A program made the translations under genes and the position numbers. A DNA stretch of 64,000 bases from Mobula hypostoma (Eukaryota), in assembly GCF_963921235.1 (NCBI RefSeq), contig NC_086109.1:27344001-27408000 (forward strand), in the 5' to 3' direction. Positions 26,868 to 39,439 of this stretch are shown piece by piece; position 1 is the stretch's first letter, and each line of letters begins with the position of its first letter. The notes beneath the pieces were generated by a model. It saw nothing but the letters and a program-made list of their open reading frames with translations, was not told the DNA's origin and did no database searches.

Positions 26868-27715
26868 AGAATCCAATTTCTTATCACTGACATCTGATGT
26901 GCAATTTGTTACTTTTTGGCAGCAGTGCAGCATAAAGACATAAAATGACTACGAATTACAAATATAAATAAATAATGCAAAGAAAAATGAATAATGCTGT
27001 AGGGTTCATGGGTCATTCAGGAATCTGATGGCGATGTGACCTGAATCATCGACTGTGGGTCTTCAGGCTCCTGATGGTAGTAACATGAAGACATGCATCC
27101 TGGATAGTGACAGTCCTCAGTGATGGATGCCACCTTCTCGAGGTGTCACCTCTTGAAGGTGCCCTCAATGACAGGGTCTTGCCTGTGATGGAGATAGTTG
27201 AGTCTATAACTGTCTGTCGTCTCTTGGGATTCTGTCATTGGAGTCTACATTGAGACTGCGGCATAACCAGTCAGACCGTTCAACTCACTGTAAATACAGA
27301 GAAATTTGTTAGTCTTTAGTAACACATCGAATCTTCTTATACTCCTTATGAAGTAGAGCTGCTTGTATGGCTTCTTCATCATTCCATTGGTCTGATGGGT
27401 TCAGGAGATAGATCCTCTGAGATGCTGACATCCAGGAATATGAAGCTGCTCCACTCTACTGCTGACCCCTCAATGAGGACTGGCGTGTGTCCTCTTGACT
27501 TCTCTTTCCTGAAGTCCATAATCAGTTCCTTGATCCTGCTGATGTTGAGTGCGAGCTTGTTGTTGGTACTCCCCTCAACCAGCTGATCTATCTCACTCCT
27601 GCATGCCTCCTTGACACCATCTGAGATTCTATCAGTAACAGTTGGTAAGACTCATAGACGGTGTTTGCGTTGTGCTTAGCCACAGATTCCTGAGCATACA
27701 GTGAGCAGAGCAGGG
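26868..27715 (-). mobile_element. Rex1/Babar LINE 3' fragment
   Basis: Reverse-strand RT remnants (CTCAACATCAGCAGGATCAAGGAACTGATTATGGACTTCAGG, NISRIKELIMDFR) and 3' UTR. Confidence 0.8.
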
Positions 27716-28399
27716 GACTGTTTTATTGTATATGAAGAATAATCAATGATCTAGAACTTGCTGAAGCTTAGCTAATGGTTTTATTTAAAAAAAGCTGGCT
27801 TGCTCACAATACATGGCAATGCATTCAGAATTTCATGCCTGCACACTATACCATTTGAGTCCAGGTATATTCTGCAGCCAATGATTTAGACACAGTTTTG
27901 ATCACGGCTCTTGGCTGTATGCCAGCTCCATTCATTTCAGAAGTGTTCTGACTTTTTAAAAAAAGATATGTGCAGGTAAATAATTTTTTAAAAAATTCAA
28001 TGCTCTGTTTATGATTTTGCTTAACGGCATGTTTTAGTTAAATGCATATTTTTTATACTGCCACTTTAAAATTTTGATTAAATATTTTTTCCCAATTCAA
28101 TTGACATGTTTAAAAAGAATAGAAAAGTCGTCTGACAGGACACACTATCAGAAGACCATTAAAGCATCTATGGAGGAGGTCTTATCTCATTTCGCTCTGG
28201 CCTTGTGTTTGTTTATGTCTTGCTGTGCCATATAGAAAGCCTCTGGACAAGATGCTGGCAGAATTATTGGAGCAGGACTTTAGATCTGCTGCAATCCTAA
28301 CATGGGTAGTGACCATAAGACAATAAAAATATTCCTTTTACAATTGTGAAGTGCTGACAGGAGAATTACTAATGAATGCAAGACAATAAAGGAACAACA

Positions 28400-28858
28400 T
28401 GGTGACTGCATTTTACTGATTGGAAAGTCCTGAGGTTGATACTAAGATACAACAAAGTCCAATGGGCATCCCAGAGACTGGAGGTTGGAAGCTAGATGTT
28501 TGCAAGTTTGGGAGTCCAGGCCAAAGAATGGAACTTGATAGCCCGATGTCTCTGAGTTTGAGAACCTGGGGCCAAGGATTGGAGGCCTGTGTGTGCGAAG
28601 GGGTGGAAAAGGGACTTATTTTGCTGCAGTTGTCTTGCTTTGTTCTATTGTTGCCTCTTGTGTTGTTCTGCGTTGCGCTATTGCTGCGTTGCGCTATTGC
28701 TGTGTTGAACTTTGTGGACATGCTATGTTTGCATCGGAATATGTGGCGACACTTTGGGCTGTCCCAGCGCGTTTCTTGGTTGTACTGGTTATCAACACAA
28801 ATGACATGTTTCACCATAAGTTTCGATGTACATGTGGACAATAAGTCTGAATCTGATC
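28400..28858 (+). mobile_element. Non-autonomous LINE-dependent repeat
   Basis: Shares its 3' end (...GTTTCGATGTACATGT..ACAA.TAA) and body with 39440-40103; (ATCTGA)n tail. Confidence 0.7.
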
Positions 28859-29625
28859 AGCAATATTTATGGTTAAGCATGTATAAAGGGCTTCAGAATT
28901 TATAGTGCAGAGCATTCCTATCTGACATAAAACCCATCATAAAGCTACAACACCACCTAACATGTGTTTCATTCCATTTTATTTCAGGAATATAAAACTT
29001 TCATTCAAAAGCAAGTTTGAACTGCATTAAGGTAGTCAAAAGAAACCATCTCTCAGCATACCTTCACCAATGGGTATATTAAACATCTCTTTTATAAGTA
29101 GCTTATTATTTTCCAGCAAAGGTCTTGCCAATCAATACAGACCCATTCTCTGGAGGATCTTTGGATGACAGCTTAGTGTTAAGACACCTGAATCACATCA
29201 CACTGATTGTCAAAATAATTGGCCTCCTCTTTGCTGTCAGCAGAAACAGCAGATGCTCAGATACTGCAAACCAGTCAGGCTGTTTCTTTTCAGTTATTTG
29301 GACGTTTACAATGTCCTACTTTGCAGTCTTTCCATATGGTATCACTGCTTACCTCTGGATGGTGATCAATTTCAGAGCCCCATTTCATTAGTATGATACA
29401 AAATTGGACAAGACCATTTGTCTCATTGCTCTTGTGCTGGCTTTTTGGAAGGACTATCGATATACCCCCATTATCTGCAATTTCCTATAGCCCAACAAAC
29501 ATTCCCCCTCCAGCTATTTACCTAATTCCTTTTTGAAGTATATTATTGTTCTTGTCCACCTACCTTTGGACAGATTTTTTTTAAATAATGAGAACAATAG
29601 GAGCAGTGATCCCTCACACCTGTTC

Positions 29626-29661
29626 AGTCGACGTTTCAGGCCGAGACCCTTCGTCAGGACT
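29626..29661 (-). ncRNA. Minimal type-I hammerhead ribozyme, intact core
   Basis: AGUC-CUGACGA-AGG(GUCUCGG)CCU-GAAACGUC-GACU: stem I AGUC/GACU, conserved core boxes, and the palindrome ACGU in place of stem III, as described for PLE hammerheads. Confidence 0.85.
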
Positions 29662-29960
29662 AACTGAAGGAAGAGTGAGTAAGAGATTTGAAAGCTGGAG
29701 GGGGAGGGGGAGATGCAAAATGATAGGAGAAGACAGGAGGGGGAGGGATAGAGCCGAGAGCTGGACAGGTGATAGGGAAAAGGGGATACGAGAGGATCAT
29801 GGGACAGGAGGTCCGGGAAGAAAGACAAGGAGGAGGGGGGGTGACCCAGAGGATGGGCAAGAGGTATATTCAGAGGGACAGAGGGAGAAAAAGGAGAGTG
29901 AGAGAAAGAATGTGTGCATAAAAATGAGTAACAGATGGGGTACGAGGGGGAGGTGGGGCC

Positions 29961-30238
29961 TTAGTGGAAGTTAGAGAAGTCAATGTTCATGCCATCAGGT
30001 TGGAGGCTACCCAGACGGAATATAAGGTGTTGTTCCTCCAACCTGAGTGTGGCTTCATCTTTACAGTAGAGGAGGCCGTGGATAGACATGTCAGAATGGG
30101 AATGGGATGTGGAATTAAAATGTGTGGCCACTGGGAGATCCTGCTTTCTCTGGCGGACAGAGCGTAGATGTTCAGCAAAGCGGTCTCCCAGTCTGCGTCG
30201 GGTCTCACCAATATATAAAAGGCCACATCGGGAGCACC
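29961..30238 (-). pseudogene. PLE GIY-YIG endonuclease C-terminal fragment (open frame)
   Basis: CSRCGLLYIGETRRRLGDRFAEH...LRLEEQHLIFRLGSLQPDGMNIDF; 5'-truncated. Confidence 0.9.
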
Positions 30239-30742
30239 ATTCCCATTCTGACATGTCTATCCGCCACATCCCATTCCGATTCTGACATGTCTATCCACCC
30301 ACATCCCATTCCCATTCTGACATGTCTATCCACGGCCTCCTCTACTGTAAAGATGAAGCCACACTCAGGTTGGAGGAACAACACCTTATATTCCGTCTGG
30401 GTAGCCTCCAACCTGATGGCATGAACATCGACTTCTCTAACTTCCGCTAAGGCCCCACCTCCCCCTCGTACCCCATCTGTTACTCATTTTTATGCACACA
30501 TTCTTTCTCTCACTCTCCTTTTTCTCCCTCTGTCCCTCTGAATATACCTCTTGCCCATCCTCTGGGTCACCCCCCCCGTCTTTCTTCCTGGACTTCCTGT
30601 CCCATGATCCTCTCGTATCCCCTTTTGCCTATCACCTGTCCAGCTCTCGGCTCTATCCCTCCCCCTCTTGTCTTCTCCTATCATTTTGCATCTCCCCCTC
30701 CCCCTCCAGCTTTCAAATCTCTTACTCACTCTTCTTTCAGTT

Positions 30743-30778
30743 AGTCCTGACGAAGGGTCTCGGCCTGAAACGTCGACT
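30743..30778 (+). ncRNA. Minimal type-I hammerhead ribozyme, intact core
   Basis: AGTC CTGACGA AGGGTCTCGGCCT GAAACGTC GACT. Confidence 0.85.
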
Positions 30779-31294
30779 GCAACTCTTCCTAGAGATGCTG
30801 CCTGACCTGCTGCGTTCACCAGCAACTTTGATGTGTGTTGCTTGAATTTCCAGCATCTGCAGAATTCCTGTTGTTTGTCTCACACCTGTTCTATTGTTTC
30901 AGAAAACTGTAGGTCATCTGATCTTGGTCTCAGCTGTACTTCGTTGTTAGTTCCTACTATGCTTGACTTAAAAATCAAAAATCTTTTAATCTCAGCAGTG
31001 AATTTACTGTACGCTTCAGTCTCAACAGCTCACTGGGATACATAATTCCAAAGAGTCCTGATGCTGTGATAAAATGATTTTTTTTCCCACATCTCTACTA
31101 TAAATAGTCCATTATTCTGAAAATATATGCCTTAGTTACAGATTACCTGTCAGGAAACATTCACCCAGTACTTACCTTGTCAAGTGCCTCTGAAAGTTTC
31201 AATAAGACCACCTACTATTTACTACTGAGCATTTCCTCAATGACAATACCATTGTGCCCAGGAATCCATGTTGTAACCATTGCTGACCATTTCT

Positions 31295-31665
31295 CCTTAC
31301 AGAAGATATAAAATTAAGAGCTGAATAGCTAGGGTAAAAGCAAGCTGGCTTTTTCCATTGAGCTTGGGTGAGACTTCAGCTAAAGGTCATAGGTTAAAGG
31401 TAAAAAGTGAATGATTGGAGAGGAGCCTGAGGGGGAACTTCTTAAATCAGAAGGTGCTGCAAGTATGGAAAGAGCTGTCAGTGGAAGCGTTGGAAGAGGG
31501 TTTGATGGTAAAACTTAAGGAAGTTTGGATAAGTGTATTGATAGGAAGCATATGGAAAGCTGCGGTCTTGGTGTGTGTCAATTGGACCAAGCAGAATTAA
31601 AAATCAGCATGGACTAGGTAGGCCAAAGAGCCTGTTTGTGCTGTTGGGGCTCGATAACTCTATGA
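31295..31665 (+). mobile_element. CR1 LINE 3' fragment
   Basis: ERSLRGNFLNQKVLQVWKEL C-terminal motif and 3' UTR GGCCAAAGAGCCTGTT. Confidence 0.8.
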
Positions 31666-32463
31666 GATCAAAGTGTACACAGTGCTCCAAGTCCTGCTGT
31701 CATCTTTTTTTTAAGTACTTCAAAAAGTGTAGCCACTGTAATTGAATCCTTCTGCCAGTGAAAACAGTTGCTCCTCATTTACACTTTCAACACGCTTGAC
31801 CTCTTCTATGGTGAACAAACTTCTCTCTTCAGTTAAATGAACATAAATAAATCTCTTTTCACCCTTATGACTATGGCACTTTTACTACGTGGTGGTACCC
31901 AGAACTAGGTACAATACTCCAAGTGGACAAAATACTCCAATTTATAGGCATGTAGGGATGTAGAGCCATCCGAGGAAATTGGTGAACAAGTGAAAATATA
32001 ATTATAATTACAAATGTACACGTTCATGAATTTCCTTGGGTGGAGATGCACAGAATCCTTCATATTGATGAAATTTAGATCAGGTTTACAATTGGCTATG
32101 CACAATAAATATGTTTGAGGTGTGATACCAAGGAAGATTTGATCAGTCATAATCTACACTGTGCATTGAGTTGATCTGCAGTATGTCATGCTATGACGAT
32201 GTCAAACAAATGCTCATCCACCATCCATTCTGCTCCATCATGAATATGCATATCACAGACCCATCTGTCTGCTGGCGAGATAATCCTCCACTGAGGGCTC
32301 CGCAGTTTTCCAACACAATATTGACGAAGCTTGCTCGTCCACTTGAAGGATGTGAAAATTAATATTGATCTTTCAGAATCCCCATTTGTTTCAATTTTCA
32401 TTAACATTCTTAACCTGTGCAGGCTTACACAAATCCATATATTCTATACTTTCAACCCCATTG

Positions 32464-33106
32464 TGTGATACTTTCCATCATTATTCTGGAATAATTAAAT
32501 TAGCAGTGTAAATCCTTCAAAGCAGCTGCAACTTTCAGCGCTTGGCAACATCCGCCATCTTGATTATGAAACCCCCTTTGTGGCCCAAACAGTTATTAAA
32601 CGAAAGAAAGATAAAAAAAAACAAAAGGGCCCATTACTCTTAAACAGTCAAATGTGCACTTAAGTTGAAGCTTATCTTGAACTTGTCTGTCACTCACACG
32701 ATGGACCCTTGGTCCGCATGAAAGCACACACCACCTTCTGAATGTCACTCGAAATCCATCTTGAACAAACGGGGTCTCCCACAGGAGTATTGGTTATTCC
32801 TTCTTGAAGTCATTCACCTGCATAGAAAATCTTGTTCAACAGGGATGGCATCCTTGCCTCCCCCACACCCCCGCCCCCGTCTTCTTCCAGCTCCCCCCAA
32901 CAGAGATCTCTCTGCTCGCATCCTATTGAACTTTCTCCCAAATCTCCCCTCCCGACTGGCTGACACCATATCCCTAAGTTGAATAACAAAGCTTCTTATC
33001 TTAGCTCAAACCCAAACAGGCTGAGAGCCATACAACCTACTCTTACAGAACTGCTAAAACGAAATACCTACAACGTAGCAGTAAAAATCTTAAGCTGGGT
33101 GTTACA
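32464..33106 (-). mobile_element. Solo LTR related to 4791-5380
   Basis: Minus strand starts TGTAACACCCAG...ATTTTTACTGCTACGTTGTAGGTATTTC...TCAGCCTGTTTGGGTT; candidate TSD ATTG/ATTA; left boundary less certain. Confidence 0.75.
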
Positions 33107-34097
33107 ATTAAAGAGGAAACAGGGACAGGAATTGATCATCATTGTGATCATTTTCCATATAAGGAATGTCCAAATTTGCAAGGGTATGCCCTGCATACCA
33201 GCAACACACAAACCTCAAGCAGTTTTGAGATTTTAAACTGGCTTTGGGACATTAGTACATGCAAACAGTGCTATCATATCCATTTCAGGCCATCTGAAAG
33301 CAATCTGGGTTTCTTTAATTTATTTTTATATGAAGCTAACATGAGCTACAGAATTCCAGAGCATCCCAGGTGCCTATGAAGCCACGAGGCTCTTGCTTGT
33401 CGAAGCAAGGCACACACAATATGTTCCTACATAAAGACAGGCTGTCTGTGAAGGCTTGGAAGCCCTCTGATATGTGCATTGATCACACAACTTCAAACTC
33501 AGAATAATTTCCACACCCAGTTGTCTACACTATTAACTAAATTAGAACCCCTGGCATTAGACAAAGAACTATAAATTTTCCAAGGTATCATTCCAAGAAG
33601 CTGTGAAAATCAGGAAAAAAACATATTGAAAACTGAACAATTTTTCTTCAGGGCAAGCAACACATTTGAAGTCTAGAAGAGCATTCAAAAATCACTTCTC
33701 TGCATCAGCCCTTCTCAATGCAGAAACTGAATGCCCTCCTTAACGAAGAACTGAGAGTTGGCATATTCACAAGAGGATGCAAACCAAATCCAATGTTCCT
33801 TTTCCACTTCTCTGTACCTTGCAGTAAGCAATCCTTTTTTTAAAAATCGCCGCGTGAAGAAAGGCTTAAAGTTTCTTCAGATCAATGTCTTTGAAGATTT
33901 AAATTTATTCAGAATCTATCTTAAAAGGAGATCATCATCTAATAGGATAGCTCCTCATCTCCTGTCTTGGATGCAGTAAGTGGCACTTCAGGGAGTAGTA
34001 AATCTCTTCAGAATTTTGCTGATGTAGTGCACAATGTAGCTTATGCCTGATTCCTGTTTATGCAAGATTAACTCTTTTGAAGGAAATAAACAAGATT

Positions 34098-34555
34098 TCA
34101 CAAACAAGAGAAAATCTGCAGATGCTGGAAATCCAAGCAACACACTCAAAATGCTGGAGGAACTTAGCAAGTCAGACAGCATAGATAAGAGTACAGTTGA
34201 CTTCTCGGGCTGAGACCCTTTGGTTGGACTGGAGAAAAAATGTTGAGCAGTAGGTTTAAAAGGTGGGGGGGCTGGAGGGGGATGGGGAGGGGAGAGAGAA
34301 CCAAGGTGACAGGTGAAACCTGAAGGGGGAGGGCTGATATAAAGAGCTGGGTAGTTGATTGGTGAAGGGGGGCTCTGATAGAAGAGGACGGGCAGGCAAG
34401 GAGGTAAGGTGCTGAGAGAGGGAAAAGGGGATGGGGAATGGCAAAGGAGCGGGACATTACCAGAAGTTTGAGAATTCGATGTTCATGCCATCAGGTTGGA
34501 GTCTACCCAGATGGAATGTAAGGTGCTGTTCCTCCAACCTGAGTGAGGTCTCATT
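34098..34555 (-). mobile_element. PLE 3' fragment
   Basis: GTTCATGCCATCAGGTTGGAG...GTTCCTCCAACCTGAG (GIY-YIG end), pLTR and tail. Confidence 0.88.
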
Positions 34556-34624
34556 TCACGCTGATCCTGCAGCATAAGTGTAACACATGTTTGAACAAGT
34601 ATATCACTGTGCACATGTACCACA

Positions 34625-35500
34625 GCACACAGTGGCACAGCCAACACAGCTGCTACCTCATGACATTACAACCCCATGCTCAATGCTGACCTCAGGGTCA
34701 ATTTTCTGTCTGTGTGCAGTTTGTATATTTTTCCGTGACTATGTAGGCTTCCATCAGGTGCCCCAGTTTCCTCCCACATCCCATGGTCATGGGGGTTGGT
34801 AGATGGGTCAGTCATTGTGAACTGACACTGAAGGCTGATTTATACTTCTGCGTCAAATGGACGCCGTAATCTACACAAGTGGCCTACGCGTGTTGTGAGC
34901 ATTTATACTTGTGCGTTGGTGTGTCTGTGTCACTCTGCAATTCAGGCACGTTGCGCATGCACACACACCTGCCCGTGCAAGGCTTCATGGTCATGGTAGT
35001 CTTTCTCGGGGTAAACAAGTTTAAAGCAAACATCTTTCATCGTAAAAGCGAAATGTGTCCTCCATAATTTCGGAGGTCTATAAAGCTTTATGGAAGGCAT
35101 TGCAACCAGAGTTCCTTCCCTGCCCTTCAGTCGCCCAATGGGAAGCTATTGCAGCGTAGGAGGAAATGCGATGCTACCAAGCGGATCAATCACAGTTGTT
35201 GTGGTCTGCGTTGCCGCGACGCGTAGTTACATTTTGGGAGAGGTGCACGTCAGGCTACGGAGTAGGGATTCATGTAGGCTCTGCGTAGGGTTTGAGGCTA
35301 CGCCGTACCTACAGCGTCGATTTGACGCATGTATAAATCAGCCTTTATGTGTGGCTGAGTGGTGAAACTTGTGGGGGAGGTTGGAGAGACTGAAAATTGG
35401 AATTAACATAGGATTAGTGTAAAACGCGGATGGGGGTAAGAGGGTATGTGATAGTCTGTGCACACTCAGTGGGCTGAATGGCTTGTTTTCATAAACTACC
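34625..35500 (+). mobile_element. SINE split by a MITE
   Basis: CAGTGGCACAGC, TGTGTGCAGTTTGTAT, GTTTCCTCCCACATCCC; resumes after 35347 and ends GTGGGCTGAATGGCTTGTTT. Confidence 0.7.
34832..35344. mobile_element. PIF/Harbinger-like MITE
   Basis: TIRs AGGCTGATTTATACTTCTGCGTCAAAT and ATTTGACGCATGTATAAATCAGCCT; 3-bp flanks TGA/TTA (TWA-like); no coding capacity. Confidence 0.8.
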
Positions 35501-36119
35501 TATCTTTGGCTCTCTGAGAGACATATTACTCTGCACATTCTGTGAGATATTATGCATAGAGGTTATTAGAATACCCTTCTTATTCCCCGGCAAAGGGCTA
35601 CGTAAAGGAACTGAATGTGGCTGAAGAGTATCAAAACGAATCTGTTCTTGTGTGCGTAAGGTGGGTCACGGTAGTACCACATGTAAACCAAATAAAAGGA
35701 TAGAAGGAGTTTAGGCTTAAGCACAAGAGTATTAAACACTAGTGAATAGTTTTGCTCAGTTATGTCCTGAAACTTTAAAAGTGGAACATGGAGCCAATCA
35801 GAAAAGTAGGTCTTTGACCAAGCATGGGAGCTCTTCAGTTTGTCTGCGGCCTGGATAGAGATTTTTTTTTATAATATGGATGAGTTTGGGCATCGAGGTG
35901 AAATTACACCTACTTAAAATGAAGCTATCTGATCAATTTCCACTACTACTTTGGTTCTGTACAAAATAAAATGTAAAACTACAATCAAGGTAGTGTTGAC
36001 CTGTGAACTCCAGCAAAATTATGGTTCAGACTTGGTTGTTTCTTAAGTTCATAGGGATGGTTTTGGGGACAGAGAGGGTAGCAAGGGGGACAGGGATGTG
36101 AAGAGGTTACATGTTGGGC

Positions 36120-37170
36120 CAGTCTTGTGTGTGCCTTTAGGCTCTTGTACCTCCTCCCTGATGATAGCAATGAGATGAAGTGGATTCGATCCAGTACATC
36201 ACGGGTAAAGCCCTCCCAGCCACTGAGCACATCTACATGAAATGCTGTCGTAGGAAGGCAGCATCCATTATCAGAGATCTCCATCTTCCATGTCATGCTC
36301 TCTTCTCACTGCTGCCATCAGGTATAAGGTCCAAGAGCCTCAGGACTTGCACCACCAGGTCCAAGAAGAGTTGCTGCTCCTCAACCATCAAGTTCTTTAA
36401 TAAAAGGGGATAACTACACTCAACTTCACTTGCCCCATCACTGAAATGTTCCCTTATTCAACGATCTCACTTTCAATGACTCTTTCTTTCACGTTCTCAT
36501 TATTTATTGCTGTTTATTTATATATGCATTTTCTCAGTTTGTTGTCTTTTGAAGTCTGGGTGATCTTTCTTTGATCCTGTTATAGTTACTATTCTATAGA
36601 TTTTCTGAGTACACCCACAAGAGGATGAATCTCAGGGTTCAATATGGTGACACATACGTACTTTGATAATGAAATTTACTTTGAACTTTGAAGAGGGCAT
36701 GTCCTGGGTGATGGGGATCCTTAATGATGGAAGCTGCCTTTTTCAGGCATCGCTCCTTGAAGATGCCCTATATGCTGGGGAAGCTGGGGTCCATGATGGA
36801 GCTGACTGAGATTACAACTTTATGCAACTTATTTTAATCCTGTGCGGTAACCCTCCCCCATACCAGATGGTGATGCAGCCAGTTAAAATGTTCTCCATGG
36901 TACATCTGTAGAATTTTTTTCTCCCTCTCTGCTAGATTATGTATCACATTAAACTGCTGCTGCTAAGTTAACAAATTTCATGTCACATGCCGGTGATAAT
37001 AAACCTGATTCTGATTCGTGAGTGCCTTTGGTGAGAAACCAAATCTCCTCAAACTCCTCATGAAACATAGCCTCTGTTGTGCCTTCTTGGTGACTGCATC
37101 GAAATGTTGGGCCTCAGAGATGTTGACAGCCAGGAACTTGAAATTGCTCACCCTTTCCACTTTCGTTCCC
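36120..37170 (-). mobile_element. Rex1/Babar LINE fragment hosting two sense-strand insertions
   Basis: KVERVSNFKFLAVNIS...KKAQQRLCFMRSLRRFG and LLSSGRRYKSLKAHT; insertions at 36178-36694 and about 36920-37017. Confidence 0.85.
36178..36694 (+). mobile_element. Rex1/Babar 3' end
   Basis: KAASIIRDLHLPCHALFSLLPSG; (CTTTGAA)n tail; TGAAG at both flanks. Confidence 0.85.
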
Positions 37171-37394
37171 TTGTGTTGGTTGACACATTTCACTCCATGA
37201 TTCAATGCACATGTGATAAATAAATGAATATGAATCTGAACAAAATATATTCCATTCAATGAGATGATAGAGAGGTTGCAGAATCATTTAAATTCAGCTC
37301 TTTTGAAGCCTATGAAGAGCTACAGTCAGGTCACGAATTCAAATGTTGAGGAAGATCTTTCAAGCTTATGCAGCACTAGTGAAGAATCTGTTGC

Positions 37395-38210
37395 AACATT
37401 TCAATATAATGTAATGTGGAGTGGGCAAATGCGAAATGTTGCACCTTGGTAGGTCAAATATAAAGAAACAGTTCACTGTTAAGGGCAAGATCCTTAACAA
37501 TATTGATGAGCAAAGAGATCTTGGGGTCTAACTTCATAGCTCCCTGAAAGTGGCCACACAGGTTGATAAGGTGATTATGAAGGCATAGGGCATGCTTGCC
37601 TTTACTAGTTGAGGCATTGAGTTCAAAAGTCAGAAAGTTATGTTGCAGCTTTATAAAACTCTAGCAAACCTGCATCTGGACTATTACAATTAGCTCTGGT
37701 TGCCCCATCATAGGAAAGATGTTGAGGCTTTGGAGAGAGTACAGAAGAGGTTTAGCAGGAGGCTGCCTGGATTACAGGCCGTGTGCTATAATGAGAGGTT
37801 GGACAAACAGGTTTTTGTTTTCTCTAGAGCAGCAGCAGCTGAGGGGAAATCTGATAGAGGTTTATAAGATTATGAGGCATAGGTAGAGAAGACAGGTAGC
37901 ATCCTTTTCCCTGGGTTGAAATGTGTAATACCAGAGGGCATGCATTTCAGGTGCAAGGCAGTAGTTTCAAAGGAGGTGTGAGAGGTAAGTTTTTTTTTAT
38001 ATATACAGAGTGGTAAATGCCTGGAGTAGAGGTAGACACTTGAGAATCTTTTAAGATTGTGTAGATAGGCACACGACTGTGAGGATATTGACACTGTGCA
38101 GGCAGAGGAGAATTAGTAAGGTTGGCTTTTTGATTACTAATTTCATTGGATCAGCACAACATTGTGGACCCAAGGGTCTGTTCCTGTGCTGTACTTTTCT
38201 ACGTTCTTTA
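37395..38210 (+). mobile_element. CR1 LINE 3' fragment
   Basis: GAGCAAAGAGATCTTGGGGT (EQRDLG), LYKTL..P.LDY and LERVQKRF motifs; 3' UTR AAGGGTCTGTTCCTGTGCTGT. Confidence 0.85.
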
Positions 38211-38449
38211 GAGACACCTTTCTAAACTAATTGCTACAGTACCGGCTACGAGTAATGAATAAGCAGATTCTCAAATTCTTGATAATGCAAGTTGCAACTT
38301 TCAACCATGAATGTAAGATATTCACACTAATGTTGACAGCCACTAAAAACACATGGAACATTTTAATGGGCATATGTCACTTGGGGAGAGTTTGTGTATG
38401 ATAGGCCCCACTACTTAAAGTTTAGCAGAATGAGAAGGCATCCTCAAAT

Positions 38450-38632
38450 CATAAACACATGATATTCTGCTGGAAATCCAGAGTAACACACACCCACAAC
38501 AACACTGGAGCAACTCAGCAGGTCAGGCAGCAACTATGGACAGAAATAAACAGTTGAGTTCTTCATCAGAGACTGTTCATTAGAAACAGCGACTGTTTAT
38601 GCCTCTCCTGATCTACAGAGTTCCTCCGGAGT
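38450..38632. mobile_element. Degenerate fold-back PLE-tail element
   Basis: Minus-strand tail (CTGGAGCAACTCAGCAGGTCAGGCAGCA...AAACAGTTGA..CTTCATCAG), then plus-strand GACTGTTTATGCC...GAGTTCCTCC. Confidence 0.6.
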
Positions 38633-39439
38633 GACTCAATAAGCTTATAGAAGGGACCTTATTGAAACATACAATATTCCTTGAGGGTTCAATAGAATAG
38701 ATATTGGGTGGATATTTCACCTGGCTGGTGGTATCAGTAAAGTGTTTTCATTAGCTATGAATTTGTTGAGTGGTGAAACAGACTCAAGATGCTGAATGAT
38801 TGAGAGTGGTGCAAAGTGAGAAGAAAAATACACTACCAATGTAACAGCAATAATCCATTACGGAACGAAATGCTTTATTTGAATGAAGAAAGGGCACCTA
38901 GAACCAAAGTATAAGGAAAGAGCCTGGAAGACAGATTAACAACAGCTAACTGGGATGGTCAGAGCACAGGAAATGCTTACAATAGGAGGGTACAATGAAG
39001 AGGCTTGTAGCAACCACTATATGTGGCAGAGGAGCAATCTCCATAATAAATTTTAAACAGATTATATGCCAGTGAATGCTGCAGTGGGATGGATGTCAAT
39101 TTCAAGGTTAAAGTAGGAAACTGATCCACACGGTATTGACACAGTCGCTAACTGCTCAGTCATGGAAGAGATATGTTTATCTAAAGTTCTTCCAGAAGTT
39201 CAGAACAGTGCCAGAATTTGAAAGCATAACTCCAGTGAGAATTGAAAGAATTTATTCTGCATTGCTCATCTGTGCTTACAGGAGTTTATAGAATATAAAT
39301 TCTATATTTGTAAGGATATTCATAAGTTCATAAGGATGGTTTTGGGATGGTAGTTAGGGATCAGGTTACATTTTAGAAACAGGAATGTGGGGAATTAATG
39401 GTCAGGCTGGAGCTTAAGTCTCCACTCCATATTTGAAGA

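Larger units (their letters stand above)
29626..30878. mobile_element. Young fold-back PLE insertion with a hammerhead on each strand and a 13-bp TSD
   Basis: TSD CTCACACCTGTTC at 29613-29625 and 30879-30891; near-identical inverted arms at about 29626-30110 and 30299-30778. Confidence 0.95.

Noticed and set aside
32171..32407. Candidate exon (short ORFs on both strands)
   Set aside because: No recognisable domain and no consistent splice-site pair.
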